Origin: an uncultured Clostridia bacterium
GTDB taxonomy: Bacteria > Bacillota > Clostridia > TANB77 > CAG-508
Assembly: GCA_947629045.1 (NCBI GenBank)
Contig: CANRCF010000002.1
Location: 32,012 to 96,011 of the forward strand
Reading direction: 5' to 3'
DNA: 64,000 bases
A program made the position numbers and the translations under genes. Below are positions 27,473 to 38,459 of this stretch, piece after piece; positions within the stretch are counted from its first letter, which is position 1, and the number at the start of each line of letters is the position of its first letter. The notes beneath the pieces are model-generated. The model was not told where the DNA came from. It saw only the letters and a list, made by a program, of their open reading frames with translations, and ran no database searches.

Positions 27473-29473
27473 TTAACTAGATACTTCTGAGAAATACTCG
27501 TTTATTCTGTTAATTAATTCTTGTTTTACTTCTTCTATAGTCATTCCTTCAACCTGTGCTCCTGCTAAGGTTATATGGCCTCCACCGCCTAATTTTTCTA
27601 GTATAACTTGTACATTTATATCACCTATTGAACGCCCACTTATGTATACTTTATCACCTATTTTTCCTATAACAAATGATGCTGTTATATCACTAATTGT
27701 AAGAAGCTCATCTGCTGCTTTTGCACAAATAAGGTTTGCTTCTTTATCGTTTTGGTCATAAACTGAAATTCCTATTGTTTCGTTTACTATTTCTGCATTT
27801 TCTACTATTTTTGAAATCTTGTTATATGTTTTTAAATCACTTTGGAACCATTTCTTTACTTTTATAATATCTATACCGCATTTTCTTAAATATGCTGCTG
27901 CTTCAAATGTTCTTACACCTGTTTTAAATGTAAAGTTTTTAGTATCCATCATTATTCCTGCATATAAAGCTTCCGCTTCTATTGTTAATAGCTCAATTTC
28001 TTTTGGAGCATATTCTAATATTTCTGTAACAAGCTCTGATGCTGATGAAGCATATACTTCATGGAAGGTAAGTATTGCATCCTCGATGCAATCTGGGCTT
28101 TTTCTATGGTGGTCTATTATAACAACTTTGCTAGTTTCTTCTAATAGCTCTGGAACTTCTACATAGGTTTGTTTATGAGTATCTACAACTATAAGAAGTG
28201 TGTCTGGCGAAATTTTAGACATTGCTTCTGCTTTGTTTATAATAATCTGAGCATATTCCTCATTTTCTTTTGCAGTTTCAATGAAATTGTCTAAGTTTGT
28301 TCCCGTATTGTTATTTATAACATAGGCTTCTACACCTAGAGTGTTAGCTAAACGATATAAGCCCATGCTAGCACCCATTGAGTCCATATCTCCATTTGTA
28401 TGGCCCATTATCATTACATTTTTTGCTTGCTGCATTAATTCTTGCAAAGCATGTGATACAATTCTTGCTTTTACCTTTGTTCTTTTTTCTACTTCTTGGC
28501 TTTTTCCACCAAAGAAAATATACTTTCCATCTTCTTCTCTAACAACTGCTTGATCTCCACCTCTACCTAATGCAATATCTACACCTGCTTGTGCTGACTT
28601 ATACTTTTCGTAGTTTGATTCTCCTTCTTTTGAAATAGCAATACTTAGAGTTACTGGTATTTTTTCTGAAATTTCTAATTCCTTTACTGTATCTAATATA
28701 TTAAATTTTTGCTCTTCTAACATATTTAAATACTTTTGCTCAAAAATACAAATAAACGTATCTCTTTCAGACTTAATAATCAACCCTTCAAATGTTCCTG
28801 CCCAGTCATAAAGTGTTTTTTCAATTGCAGCAAGTAGTATTGGCTTTTGCTCGTCCTCTATTCTTTGATTTATCTCTTCAAAGTTATCTATCATGATAAC
28901 ACCAACACATATTTTAGATTCTTCATAATTGGTTTTAAGTTCAACGTTTTTGGTTTCATCTAAGAAATATAGAGTTAAAATATATTCTTGTTTTACCTTC
29001 GTGTAATTACCTAAAATTTCATAGATTTTATTTCCTACTTCTAATTCTTTGTGAACCTTCTTTTCTGGGTCTTCTTCATTGTTTTCTATTTCTAGCTTAA
29101 TTTCTTTTATTGTTTCATCTAAAACACTTTTGATATCAGTATTTACAAATTCTTTTTCAAATTTTGCACTTTTCCAAAGTATATTTCCATTTGTTTCGAT
29201 AATTATTAATGGAAATGGTGTGTGCATTAGTGTATTTTTTGCTGTTTTGTCTAAGTGAAATGTTAAATCCTGTATATGCTCTGTTAGCTCTGTTTTATTT
29301 TTTTGATTATTGAAGTATGTGTAAATAAGTACCATGGCATAAAATAAAATTGCTGGTGCAATATAGGCTACGTTTAAAACGCATATTATTACTAATAGCA
29401 CAGCAATAATAATTAAATATATTTTCGTTTTTGACAATATTCCTTCAAATAATTTTTTATTGTCTTTTTGCAT
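27473..29473 (-). CDS. gdpP: GdpP-type c-di-AMP phosphodiesterase (TM-PAS-degenerate GGDEF-DHH/DHHA1)
   Basis: Two N-terminal TM helices. DHH-family motifs (HTNGDMDSMGA, VVDTH, IIDHHR) and DHHA1 GGGGH. Confidence 0.85.
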   Translation of the reverse strand: MQKDNKKLFEGILSKTKIYLIIIAVLLVIICVLNVAYIAPAILFYAMVLIYTYFNNQKNKTELTEHIQDLTFHLDKTAKNTLMHTPFPLIIIETNGNILWKSAKFEKEFVNTDIKSVLDETIKEIKLEIENNEEDPEKKVHKELEVGNKIYEILGNYTKVKQEYILTLYFLDETKNVELKTNYEESKICVGVIMIDNFEEINQRIEDEQKPILLAAIEKTLYDWAGTFEGLIIKSERDTFICIFEQKYLNMLEEQKFNILDTVKELEISEKIPVTLSIAISKEGESNYEKYKSAQAGVDIALGRGGDQAVVREEDGKYIFFGGKSQEVEKRTKVKARIVSHALQELMQQAKNVMIMGHTNGDMDSMGASMGLYRLANTLGVEAYVINNNTGTNLDNFIETAKENEEYAQIIINKAEAMSKISPDTLLIVVDTHKQTYVEVPELLEETSKVVIIDHHRKSPDCIEDAILTFHEVYASSASELVTEILEYAPKEIELLTIEAEALYAGIMMDTKNFTFKTGVRTFEAAAYLRKCGIDIIKVKKWFQSDLKTYNKISKIVENAEIVNETIGISVYDQNDKEANLICAKAADELLTISDITASFVIGKIGDKVYISGRSIGDINVQVILEKLGGGGHITLAGAQVEGMTIEEVKQELINRINEYFSEVSS

Positions 29474-29539
29474 ATTTTATTTAATCAATCCCTTTCTTCC
29501 TTTGTACAAAGACTTATTTTTGCCTTTGTATACATGCAT

Positions 29540-29568
29540 ATTGTACTATTATTTATTGCTTATGTCAA
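29540..29568 (-). promoter_or_regulatory. putative sigma-A promoter for gdpP
   Basis: On the minus strand, TTGACA-17 nt-TACAAT. Confidence 0.45.
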
Positions 29569-29640
29569 TTGCTAAGGCTAAAATCATTGATTTTATGTGT
29601 CTAAAATTCTTAATTTTTTCGTCTATATAGACTTACATTT

Positions 29641-29661
29641 TAATATATATATATATATATA
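29641..29661. repeat. (AT)n dinucleotide microsatellite, about 9-10 units
   Basis: TAATATATATATATATATATA read directly from the sequence. Confidence 0.9.
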
Positions 29662-29733
29662 GTGCATATTAAGTATAAAGTGCATATAAAGAAAGTTTCT
29701 GAGTAACATTAAACAAATTTGTTATATAGCTAC

Positions 29734-29772
29734 AAAAATAGGATGCTCAATTAAAGTGAACATCCTATTTTT
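29734..29772 (-). terminator. intrinsic terminator after rpoC
   Basis: Stem ATAGGATG/CATCCTAT with a 15-nt loop, flanked by A5 and T5. Confidence 0.55.
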
Positions 29773-29856
29773 ATGTTTAATTTACTTATTTAACTATACT
29801 TTTATTCTATTTATTCAGCTGTAATACTTTATATTATTCATTAATATATAGTCCTT

Positions 29857-32800
29857 TTATTCTACAGTAGTTGTTTCTGCTTCATTAGCATTTTCAGTAC
29901 TTTCCTCTTCATCTTTTTCTGTGCTTATATGTGTATCTTTGTAAATTGGAAGTCCTGTTCCTGCTGGAATTAGTTTACCAATAATTACGTTTTCTTTTAA
30001 GCCTATTAACTCATCAACTTTACCTTTAACAGCAGCTTCTGTTAATACTCTTGTTGTCTCTTGGAATGATGCAGCTGATAAGAAGCTTTCTGTAGCAAGT
30101 GACGCTTTTGTAATTCCTAGTAAAATACGTTTTCCAGTAGCTGGTCTCTTTCCTTCTTTAACTGCTTCTTCGTTCTTGTCTTCAAAGTCATGTACATCTA
30201 CTAATGAGCCTGCAAACATATCTGTATCTCCATTGTCTTCTACTCTTACCTTCTTAAGCATTTGTCTACCAATTACTTCAATGTGCTTGTCGTTGATATC
30301 AACACCTTGGTTACGATAAACTTTTTGAACCTCTTGAATTAAGTATTCATATACACCTTCTGGTCCTTTAATTGCTAAAATTTCATTTGGATTTATAGCA
30401 CCTTCTATTAAGGCATCTCCTGCTTGCACCTCGTCTCCGTCTTTTACACGAAGTTTTGACCTAAATGGAATTGTGTATGTTTTTGAGTTATCTTTTGATG
30501 TAACAATAACTTCTTTCTTCTTTTTGTCTTCCGAGATTTTAACAGTTCCGTCTATTTCAGTAATAACTGCTAATCCCTTTGGTTTTCTTGCTTCAAATAG
30601 CTCCTCAACCCTTGGAAGACCTTGTGTAATATCTGCTACACCTGCAACACCACCAGAGTGGATAGTTCTCATTGTAAGCTGTGTACCAGGCTCACCAATT
30701 GATTGAGCTGCTATAATACCAACAGATTCACCAATGTTTACTTCATCACGTGTTGCTAAGCCCATACCATAACATTTACGGCATACACCATGTTTTGTAC
30801 GGCATCCTAGTACAGAACGAACTTTAACTTGTTCCATACCTGTTGCAACTATTTTTTCTGCTATTTTTTCTGTAATCATTGTGTCTGGGTCTGCTATAAC
30901 TTCTTTTGTTGTTGGATCTATAATTGTTTCTAATGGATATCTACCAATTAATCTTTCTGATAATTTTTCTATTACTTGGTTTCCATCTTTAATGTCTGAT
31001 ATTACTATTCCTTCATGTGTTCCGCAATCGTCTTCACGAACGATAATGTCTTGTGATACATCTACTAATCTTCTTGTTAAGTAACCAGAGTCTGCTGTTC
31101 TTAAAGCTGTATCTGCTAAACCCTTTCTTGCACCATGGGCAGAAATGAAATATTCTAGTGCATCAAGTCCTTCACGGAATGATGATGTAATAGGAATTTC
31201 TACTGTTTTACCTGTTGTACTTGCCATAAGTCCACGCATACCTGCAATTTGTCTTAATTGGTTTAAGTTACCTCTTGCTCCAGATTGGCTCATCATATAT
31301 ACTGGGTTTAATTCTTCAAAGTTATTTTTCATAGCTTCTGTAACATCATCTGTTGCTTTCTCCCAGATTTTGATAACTGAGTTATATCTTTCATCGTTAG
31401 TTATTAAACCACGTTTATATTGTTTTAATACTTCATTTACTTGTACATTTGCATCTGCTAAAATTTGTTTTTTAGCTTCTGGTACTTTAACATCATCTAC
31501 TGAAACTGTAATACCAGCTGTTGTAGAGTGTTTGAAGCCCATTGATTTAATGTAGTCTAGTAATTCTGCTGTTGCACTTAAACCATTGCTGTTTATTGAT
31601 TTTTCAATGATTTTTCCTAAGTTTTTCTTAGCAACTGCAAAATTAATTTCTGGTTCAAATAAGTTTTCTGGTTTTGTTCTATCAACAAAGCCTAAGTTTT
31701 GAGGAATACCCTCATTGTATATAAGTCTTCCAACTGTTGTTTCTATTTTACGAGTTTCTAAAACTCCGTCTACTTCTTTTTGAACTCTTACTTTGATTTT
31801 AGCATGTAAGCCTAAGTCATGGTTTTCGTAAGCAATTACTGCTTCTTCTGGTGAAGAATAATAATTTCCTTCTCCCATTTCTCCTGCTACTTCCATTGTT
31901 AAGTAATAACTTCCTAAAATCATATCTTGTGTAGGTACTGTAACTGGTTTACCATCTTGTGGTTTTAAAAGGTTATTTACTGAAAGCATTAAATATCTTG
32001 CTTCTGCTTGTGCTTCTGGTGATAATGGTAAGTGAATAGCCATTTGGTCACCATCGAAGTCTGCGTTAAATGCAGTACATACTAATGGGTGAAGTTTAAT
32101 TGCTCTACCTTCTACTAATACTGGCTCGAATGCTTGAATACCAAGTCTATGTAGTGTTGGAGCACGGTTTAGAAGTACTGGGTGATCTTTAATAACATCT
32201 TCTAGAATATCCCATACTTCTGGTCTTAATCTTTCTACCATTCTTTTTGCATTTTTAATATTGTGTGCTAGGCCTCTACCTACTAATTCTTTCATAACAA
32301 ATGGTTTGAATAATTCTACTGCCATTTCTTTTGGCACACCACATTGATATAATTTTAATTCTGGTCCTACTACTATAACTGAACGTCCTGAATAGTCAAC
32401 ACGTTTACCTAGTAAGTTTTGACGGAATCTACCTTGTTTTCCTTTTAATAAATCTGATAAAGATTTTAAAGGTCTATTTCCAGCACCTGTAACTGGTCTT
32501 CCACGTCTTCCGTTATCAATTAGGGCATCTACTGCTTCTTGTAACATTCTTTTTTCGTTACGTACTATAATTTCTGGAGCACCTAATTCTAATAATCTTT
32601 TTAAACGATTATTTCTGTTTATTACTCTACGATATAAATCGTTTAAGTCTGATGTTGCAAATCTACCACCATCTAATTGTACCATTGGTCTTAAATCTGG
32701 TGGAATTACTGGAATTACGTCCATTACCATCCATTCAGGTCTATTTTTAGATAAGCGGAAAGCTTCTACTGTATCTAATCTTTTTACTAATTTAGCCTTC

Positions 32801-33408
32801 TTTTGTTCACTTGCTTTTTCAAGCTCTTTCTTTAATTTTTCAGCTAATTTATCAACATCTATTTCTCTTAATAATTCTTGGATAGCTTCTGCACCCATTT
32901 TTGCTTTAAAAGAGCCTACCCCATATTTTTCTTCTGCATCATGATATTCTTTTTCAGATAATACTTGACCTTTAGTTAGTCCACTTGTACCTTTATCTAC
33001 TACTATATATGATGCAAAATATATAACTCTCTCTAAGCTTCTTGGTGTAATGTCAAGCATTAAACCAATTCTACTTGGAATTCCTTTAAAATACCAAATA
33101 TGTGCAACTGGTGCTGCAAGCTCGATATGTCCCATTCTTTCACGTCTTACTTTAGATTTAGTTACTTCTACACCGCATCTATCGCAGACAATACCTTTAT
33201 ATCTTACTCTTTTATATTTTCCACAGTGACATTCCCAGTCTTTTGTTGGTCCAAATATTCTTTCACAGAATAGACCATCTTTTTCTGGCTTTAAAGTTCT
33301 GTAGTTGATAGTCTCAGGCTTTTTAACTTCACCTTTTGACCACTCTCTAATTTTTTCATCTGATGCTAATCCAATTTTAATCTTGTCAAAAATTTCTAAT
33401 TCATCCAC
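29857..33408 (-). CDS. rpoC: DNA-directed RNA polymerase subunit beta'
   Basis: NADFDGDQM catalytic motif and the zinc-binding CHCGKY...CDRCG. 1183 aa, GTG start about 10 nt after GGGGG. Confidence 0.97.
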   Translation of the reverse strand: MDELEIFDKIKIGLASDEKIREWSKGEVKKPETINYRTLKPEKDGLFCERIFGPTKDWECHCGKYKRVRYKGIVCDRCGVEVTKSKVRRERMGHIELAAPVAHIWYFKGIPSRIGLMLDITPRSLERVIYFASYIVVDKGTSGLTKGQVLSEKEYHDAEEKYGVGSFKAKMGAEAIQELLREIDVDKLAEKLKKELEKASEQKKAKLVKRLDTVEAFRLSKNRPEWMVMDVIPVIPPDLRPMVQLDGGRFATSDLNDLYRRVINRNNRLKRLLELGAPEIIVRNEKRMLQEAVDALIDNGRRGRPVTGAGNRPLKSLSDLLKGKQGRFRQNLLGKRVDYSGRSVIVVGPELKLYQCGVPKEMAVELFKPFVMKELVGRGLAHNIKNAKRMVERLRPEVWDILEDVIKDHPVLLNRAPTLHRLGIQAFEPVLVEGRAIKLHPLVCTAFNADFDGDQMAIHLPLSPEAQAEARYLMLSVNNLLKPQDGKPVTVPTQDMILGSYYLTMEVAGEMGEGNYYSSPEEAVIAYENHDLGLHAKIKVRVQKEVDGVLETRKIETTVGRLIYNEGIPQNLGFVDRTKPENLFEPEINFAVAKKNLGKIIEKSINSNGLSATAELLDYIKSMGFKHSTTAGITVSVDDVKVPEAKKQILADANVQVNEVLKQYKRGLITNDERYNSVIKIWEKATDDVTEAMKNNFEELNPVYMMSQSGARGNLNQLRQIAGMRGLMASTTGKTVEIPITSSFREGLDALEYFISAHGARKGLADTALRTADSGYLTRRLVDVSQDIIVREDDCGTHEGIVISDIKDGNQVIEKLSERLIGRYPLETIIDPTTKEVIADPDTMITEKIAEKIVATGMEQVKVRSVLGCRTKHGVCRKCYGMGLATRDEVNIGESVGIIAAQSIGEPGTQLTMRTIHSGGVAGVADITQGLPRVEELFEARKPKGLAVITEIDGTVKISEDKKKKEVIVTSKDNSKTYTIPFRSKLRVKDGDEVQAGDALIEGAINPNEILAIKGPEGVYEYLIQEVQKVYRNQGVDINDKHIEVIGRQMLKKVRVEDNGDTDMFAGSLVDVHDFEDKNEEAVKEGKRPATGKRILLGITKASLATESFLSAASFQETTRVLTEAAVKGKVDELIGLKENVIIGKLIPAGTGLPIYKDTHISTEKDEEESTENANEAETTTVE

Positions 33409-33671
33409 GTTTATTTAGCCCCCTATATTTTATTTTCTTATGATAAAGGCTTTGCTCTTGCTCTTATCATATTTGTTGATGGCTTTTTCCCTTGCCATCT
33501 TTGGTTTTTCATAATTTACTTTAAAATAGTATACACCGCTGAACAATTCCTTATTTGAAACTATTTCAAGTATTTATGAAGGCTATTTAATTTTTTTCAC
33601 TTTATTATTTAGTATTATATATCTAATCTACTTTTCACTTGACTTAAAATTTAAAAGTACAATTTGAAAAC

Positions 33672-36600
33672 CTATTCCCCATCATCATCAAGCAAATCTT
33701 GATCATTTAAAAGGTTATCTTCTCCTAAGTCTGTATCATCTAAAAGAATTTCCTCATCATCTAAATCTTCAAATAGACTATCATCATCTGCCATATCATC
33801 ATCTAAGCTGTCTGTGTCTTCCCCTTCTTCTGTATAGCCATCTGATAATTCTGATTCATCTATAACTTGGTCGTCTATTTTCTTAGCATCTTCTACACTG
33901 TTAAAGTCAATTCCGTCATCAATGTTTTCTTTTAGCTCAAGCTCTTGGTTATCTTCTGATAGAAGTCTTACATCTAGTCCTAAAGATTGAAGCTCTTTTA
34001 TAAGTACTTTAAATCCTTCTGGTACTCCTGGCTCTGGTACATTTTCACCTTTAACTATTGCTTCGTAAGTTTTTACTCTTCCTACGATATCATCTGATTT
34101 AACTGTTAACATTTCTTGTAATGTATATGCAGCACCATAAGCTTCTAGTGCCCAAACCTCCATTTCACCAAAACGCTGTCCACCGAATTGTGCTTTACCT
34201 CCAAGAGGTTGTTGTGTAACAAGTGAATATGGTCCAGTTGAACGAGCATGTATCTTGTCATCTACTAAGTGATGTAGTTTTAACATATACATTACACCAA
34301 CTGTAATAGGGTGATCAAAAGGCTCTCCTGTTCTACCATCATATACTACTGTTTTTCCATCCTCGCTAAGTCCTGCTTTTCTAAATAGTTCTTTTATTTC
34401 TTCGTCTGTTGCACCATCAAATACTGGTGTTGCTACCTTCCAGCCAAGTGCTCTTGCTGCCATACCTAAGTGTACTTCTAGAACTTGACCTAAGTTCATA
34501 CGTGAAGGAACACCTAATGGGTTTAATACGATGTCTACTGGTGTACCATCTGGCATGAATGGCATATCTTCTTCTGGTAATATTCTTGAAATAACACCTT
34601 TGTTACCATGACGACCAGACATTTTATCACCAACAGAGATTTTTCTCTTTGTTGCAATATAGCAACGAATTACTTGATTTACTCCTGGGGCTAATTCGTC
34701 TGAGTTGTCTCTAGTAAATATCTTAACATCTACTATTGTTCCTGCTTCACCATGTGGTACACGAAGTGATGTATCTCTAACTTCTCTAGCTTTTTCACCA
34801 AAGATTGCTCTTAATAATCTTTCTTCAGCAGTAAGTTCTGTTTCTCCTTTTGGTGTAACTTTACCAACTAGGATGTCTCCAGGTCTTACTTCTGCACCAA
34901 TTCTTATAATTCCGTTTTCATCTAGGTCTTTTAAGCTATCATCACCTACGTTTGGAATATCACGTGTGATTTCTTCTGGGCCTAATTTTGTATCACGACA
35001 TTCGCAGTCGTATTCTTCAATGTGAATAGATGTGTATACATCTTCTTTAACTAATCTTTCGCTAATTAAAACAGCATCCTCATAGTTATAACCTTCCCAA
35101 GTTGTGAATGCGATTAGTACGTTTCTTCCTAATGCCATTTCTCCATTTTTAGTAGCTGGACCATCGGCAATTAGTTCTCCTTCTTTTACTTTTTCGCCAA
35201 CACTTACAACTGGTCTTTGATTTATACATGTACCACCATTTGTTCTTTTGAATTTTCTTAAATGGTATACATCTAATTCATCTTTCTTATTTCTAATTTG
35301 AATTTCATCACCAGTTACTTTTTCTACGATACCATCATTTTTAGCAATAACTGTGATTCCTGAATCTCTAGCTGCTCTATATTCAATACCTGTTCCTACT
35401 ATTGGTGCTTCTGGCATAAGTAGTGGAACTGCTTGACGTTGCATGTTTGCACCCATTAGAGAACGTTTTGCGTCATCATGCTCTAAGAATGGAATCATGG
35501 CTGCTGCTACAGATACTAATTGTTTTGGTGATACGTCTACGAAATCTACTTGGTTTTTATCTACCATTGTTATTTCTTCTCTGTGACGTACACGAATTCT
35601 ATCATTTACAAATCTGCCTTTTTCATCTACTGGTTCAGATGCTTGCGCAATTATGTATTTATCCTCTTGGTCTGCTGACATATATACTACTTCATCTGTT
35701 ACAACACCAGTTTTGTGGTCTACCTTTCTGTATGGTGTTTCTATAAATCCATATTCGTTTATAATAGCAAATGATGAAAGTGCTGAAATTAAACCTACGT
35801 TTGGTCCCTCTGGTGATTCTATTGGGCATAGTCTTCCATAGTGTGTATAGTGAATATCACGAACTTCGAAGCCTGCTCTCTCACGAGAAAGTCCTCCAGG
35901 TCCTAATGCTGAAATTCTTCTTTTATGAGTTAATTCTGATAGTGGGTTTGTTTGATCCATGAATTGTGATAATTGTGAACTACCAAAGAATTCTCTAATT
36001 GAAGATGTTATTGGTTTTGTGTTAATTAAAGTTTGTGGAGTAACTATATCTAAGTCTTGAATTGTCATTCTTTCACGAACAACTCTTTCTAGTCTTGTTA
36101 AACCAATTCTAAATTGATTTTGAAGTAATTCTCCAACGCAACGAATACGTCTATTTCCTAAATGGTCAATGTCATCTACATTTCCTAAACCATGCTCTAA
36201 GTTTAATAAATAGCTAATGGAAGCTATAATATCTTCTGTTGTAACATGTTTTGGAATAAGCTCATCAATTCTTTCTTTAATTACATCATGTAAATCTTTT
36301 TTGTTTGTTGTATCAATTATTGATTTTAATACTGTGTAATTTACCATTTCTTTAATATGTAAATCACTTAAATCTACTTTTGGTAAAACACTATGAATGT
36401 TAACTGTGGCATTACCAATTACTCTAACTGGTTTTCCATCAACATTAACATCTACCATGTTAATTCCTAAGTCTTGAATTTTAATTGCTACATCTTCTGT
36501 AATTGTAGCATCTTTTTCTACTAATACTTCGCCTGTTTCTGAATCTACAATGTCACTATATGCAATTCTGCCTGTAATTCTTGTTGCTAAGTTTAATTTT

Positions 36601-37430
36601 TGGTTGAATTTGTATCTACCAACTTTTGCTAAGTCATATCTTCTTTTATCGAAGAATAGACCATTGAATAAGTTTCTTGCAGCATCTGCTGTTGGAAGTT
36701 CACCTGGTCTTAATTTTCTGTAGATTTCAATTAAAGCTTCATCTTGAGCTTTTATAGGGTCTTTTTGGATTGTTGTTACTAATTTGTTTTCTTCTCCAAA
36801 TAGTTGTATCATCTCTTCATCAGTAGTAATTCCTAATGCTCTTAATAACGTTGTAACAGGAATTTTTCTTGTTCTATCTACTCTAGCGTAGAAAACATCA
36901 TTTCCGTCTGTTTCATATTCTATCCATGCACCACGAATAGGCATAACAGTAGAGGTGTAAATTCTTCTACCTGTTTTGCTATCAAAGTCTTGTGCATAAT
37001 AGCATCCTGGTGAACGAACTAACTGGCTAACAACAACTCTTTCTGCACCGTTTATTACGAAAGTTCCACTATCTGTCATAAGTGGGAAATCACCAAGATA
37101 AATTTCTTGCTCTTTAATTTCTCCTGTCTCACGATTGATTAGTCTTACTTTAACGTGTAATCTTGTAGAATAAGTTGCGTCACGCTCTTTAGCTTCTTCT
37201 AGTGTGTATTTTGTTTTTTCCTCCATGTAGTAGTCTAAGAATTCAAGTACAAGATTTCCAGAATAGTCAACAATTGGGGAAATATCTGCAAGTACTTCTC
37301 CTAATCCTTCTTCTATAAACCAATTGTAGGAATCTTTCTGAACTTGAATTAAGTTTGGCATTTCGATTGAATCGCCGATTTTTGCAAAAGTTTTGCGAGA
37401 ACATTTCTCGTGTTTAATTTCTTTTAACAA
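33672..37430 (-). CDS. rpoB: DNA-directed RNA polymerase subunit beta (with a long acidic C-terminal tail)
   Basis: Full-length RpoB similarity, for example [13 protein letters not shown]. The likely start is TTG at 37430, 8 nt after AGGGG; the track start at 37439 is a GTG overlapping the RBS. Confidence 0.97.
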   Translation of the reverse strand: MLKEIKHEKCSRKTFAKIGDSIEMPNLIQVQKDSYNWFIEEGLGEVLADISPIVDYSGNLVLEFLDYYMEEKTKYTLEEAKERDATYSTRLHVKVRLINRETGEIKEQEIYLGDFPLMTDSGTFVINGAERVVVSQLVRSPGCYYAQDFDSKTGRRIYTSTVMPIRGAWIEYETDGNDVFYARVDRTRKIPVTTLLRALGITTDEEMIQLFGEENKLVTTIQKDPIKAQDEALIEIYRKLRPGELPTADAARNLFNGLFFDKRRYDLAKVGRYKFNQKLNLATRITGRIAYSDIVDSETGEVLVEKDATITEDVAIKIQDLGINMVDVNVDGKPVRVIGNATVNIHSVLPKVDLSDLHIKEMVNYTVLKSIIDTTNKKDLHDVIKERIDELIPKHVTTEDIIASISYLLNLEHGLGNVDDIDHLGNRRIRCVGELLQNQFRIGLTRLERVVRERMTIQDLDIVTPQTLINTKPITSSIREFFGSSQLSQFMDQTNPLSELTHKRRISALGPGGLSRERAGFEVRDIHYTHYGRLCPIESPEGPNVGLISALSSFAIINEYGFIETPYRKVDHKTGVVTDEVVYMSADQEDKYIIAQASEPVDEKGRFVNDRIRVRHREEITMVDKNQVDFVDVSPKQLVSVAAAMIPFLEHDDAKRSLMGANMQRQAVPLLMPEAPIVGTGIEYRAARDSGITVIAKNDGIVEKVTGDEIQIRNKKDELDVYHLRKFKRTNGGTCINQRPVVSVGEKVKEGELIADGPATKNGEMALGRNVLIAFTTWEGYNYEDAVLISERLVKEDVYTSIHIEEYDCECRDTKLGPEEITRDIPNVGDDSLKDLDENGIIRIGAEVRPGDILVGKVTPKGETELTAEERLLRAIFGEKAREVRDTSLRVPHGEAGTIVDVKIFTRDNSDELAPGVNQVIRCYIATKRKISVGDKMSGRHGNKGVISRILPEEDMPFMPDGTPVDIVLNPLGVPSRMNLGQVLEVHLGMAARALGWKVATPVFDGATDEEIKELFRKAGLSEDGKTVVYDGRTGEPFDHPITVGVMYMLKLHHLVDDKIHARSTGPYSLVTQQPLGGKAQFGGQRFGEMEVWALEAYGAAYTLQEMLTVKSDDIVGRVKTYEAIVKGENVPEPGVPEGFKVLIKELQSLGLDVRLLSEDNQELELKENIDDGIDFNSVEDAKKIDDQVIDESELSDGYTEEGEDTDSLDDDMADDDSLFEDLDDEEILLDDTDLGEDNLLNDQDLLDDDGE

Positions 37431-37648
37431 AAAAATCACCCCTAATAAATATTAAGCAGAAAAAAATATTTATGATGATTAAATAAAAAGTCCTTCTTGT
37501 TTCTATAATTGGTTTACGAAATGATTTGTTCCTGCTCTCCAAACATCCCATTTCCGTAAAGAATTATAGAACAATTCCTCTTTTTATTTAAATTAACATA
37601 ACAAGATTTAAAGTGTGTTTTATGTATATTTTTAAAATTTACCCAATA

Positions 37649-37678
37649 AGTATATCATATTTATAAAGCTTGTGTCAA
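37649..37678 (-). promoter_or_regulatory. putative sigma-A promoter for rpoB-rpoC
   Basis: On the minus strand, TTGACA-18 nt-TATACT. This implies a ~210-nt leader. Confidence 0.45.
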
Positions 37679-37798
37679 TGGTTTTGCTTGGTTTTTTTGT
37701 AAGAATTTTGTAAAAATTTTGCTTTTATGTAATAGCATTTAATAAAATTGTAAAACTAATTAATTTTTGCATAAATTAATCTAACCTTTAAAATTGTA

Positions 37799-37827
37799 TT
37801 GACTAATAAAAAAATAGTTGCTATAAT
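37799..37827 (+). promoter_or_regulatory. putative sigma-A promoter for the small membrane protein gene
   Basis: TTGACT-17 nt-TATAAT, about 34 nt upstream of the ATG at 37861. Confidence 0.55.
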
Positions 37828-37860
37828 AACATCATTAAAATAAAGAAAAGAGTTCAAATT

Positions 37861-38349
37861 ATGCCAGTTATATTAAAATATTTAATTACGTTTTTTGTAG
37901 GTATGGTTCCTATTATAGAGCTAAGAGGTGCTATTCCAATAGGTGTTGGTATGGGCCTATCATATTTTGAATCATTTGTATGTAGCTTTATAGGGAATAT
38001 CGTTCCTATTTATTTTATTGTTAAATATATTCGCCCTTTATTTGATTTTTTTGGAAGATGGAAACCTTTTAGAATAATCATAGACTGGGCTTCTGCAAAA
38101 GCAACAAAGAATATTGAAAATAACCCTAGACTTCAAAATTTTACTGCCTTAGGTTTATTTTTATTTGTTGCTATTCCGCTTCCTGGTACAGGAGCATGGG
38201 TAGGTTCGCTTATTGCTAACTTTTTGAATTTACCACCTAAAAAAGCAATTCCTCCAATTGTTATCGGTGTACTTACAGCTGGAATTATAGTTCTTACAAT
38301 TACAGCTATTTCGTTTGGTGGAATCGGTTATATCTTTTCGCATACATAA
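37861..38349 (+). CDS. small multi-TM membrane protein (putative small multidrug export protein family, COG2426-like)
   Basis: 162 aa with 4-5 predicted TM helices. The N-terminal IELRGAIPIG motif is as I recall it for that family. Confidence 0.55.
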   Translation: MPVILKYLITFFVGMVPIIELRGAIPIGVGMGLSYFESFVCSFIGNIVPIYFIVKYIRPLFDFFGRWKPFRIIIDWASAKATKNIENNPRLQNFTALGLFLFVAIPLPGTGAWVGSLIANFLNLPPKKAIPPIVIGVLTAGIIVLTITAISFGGIGYIFSHT

Positions 38350-38373
38350 TACTTTAAATTAAAATATAAATTT

Positions 38374-38425
38374 AAAATGAACAATATAATTTTCCAAAAT
38401 AAATTATATTGTTCATTTTTTATTT
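38374..38425. terminator. bidirectional terminator (TGAACAATATAAT hairpin family) between convergent genes
   Basis: 19-bp perfect stem AAAATGAACAATATAATTT/AAATTATATTGTTCATTTT with an 8-nt loop, followed by a T-run. Confidence 0.7.
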
Positions 38426-38459
38426 TCAAATTCTAATTTTTAGGCTTTAATCCTAATCT

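Noticed and set aside
33672-33960. A ~95-aa extremely acidic C-terminal tail on RpoB (…[37 protein letters not shown]), considered as a possible novel fused delta-like domain.
   Set aside because: Acidic C-terminal extensions on RpoB are common in Firmicutes; B. subtilis RpoB also ends in an Asp/Glu-rich tail. This one is longer, but it is not a distinct feature I can defend as novel.
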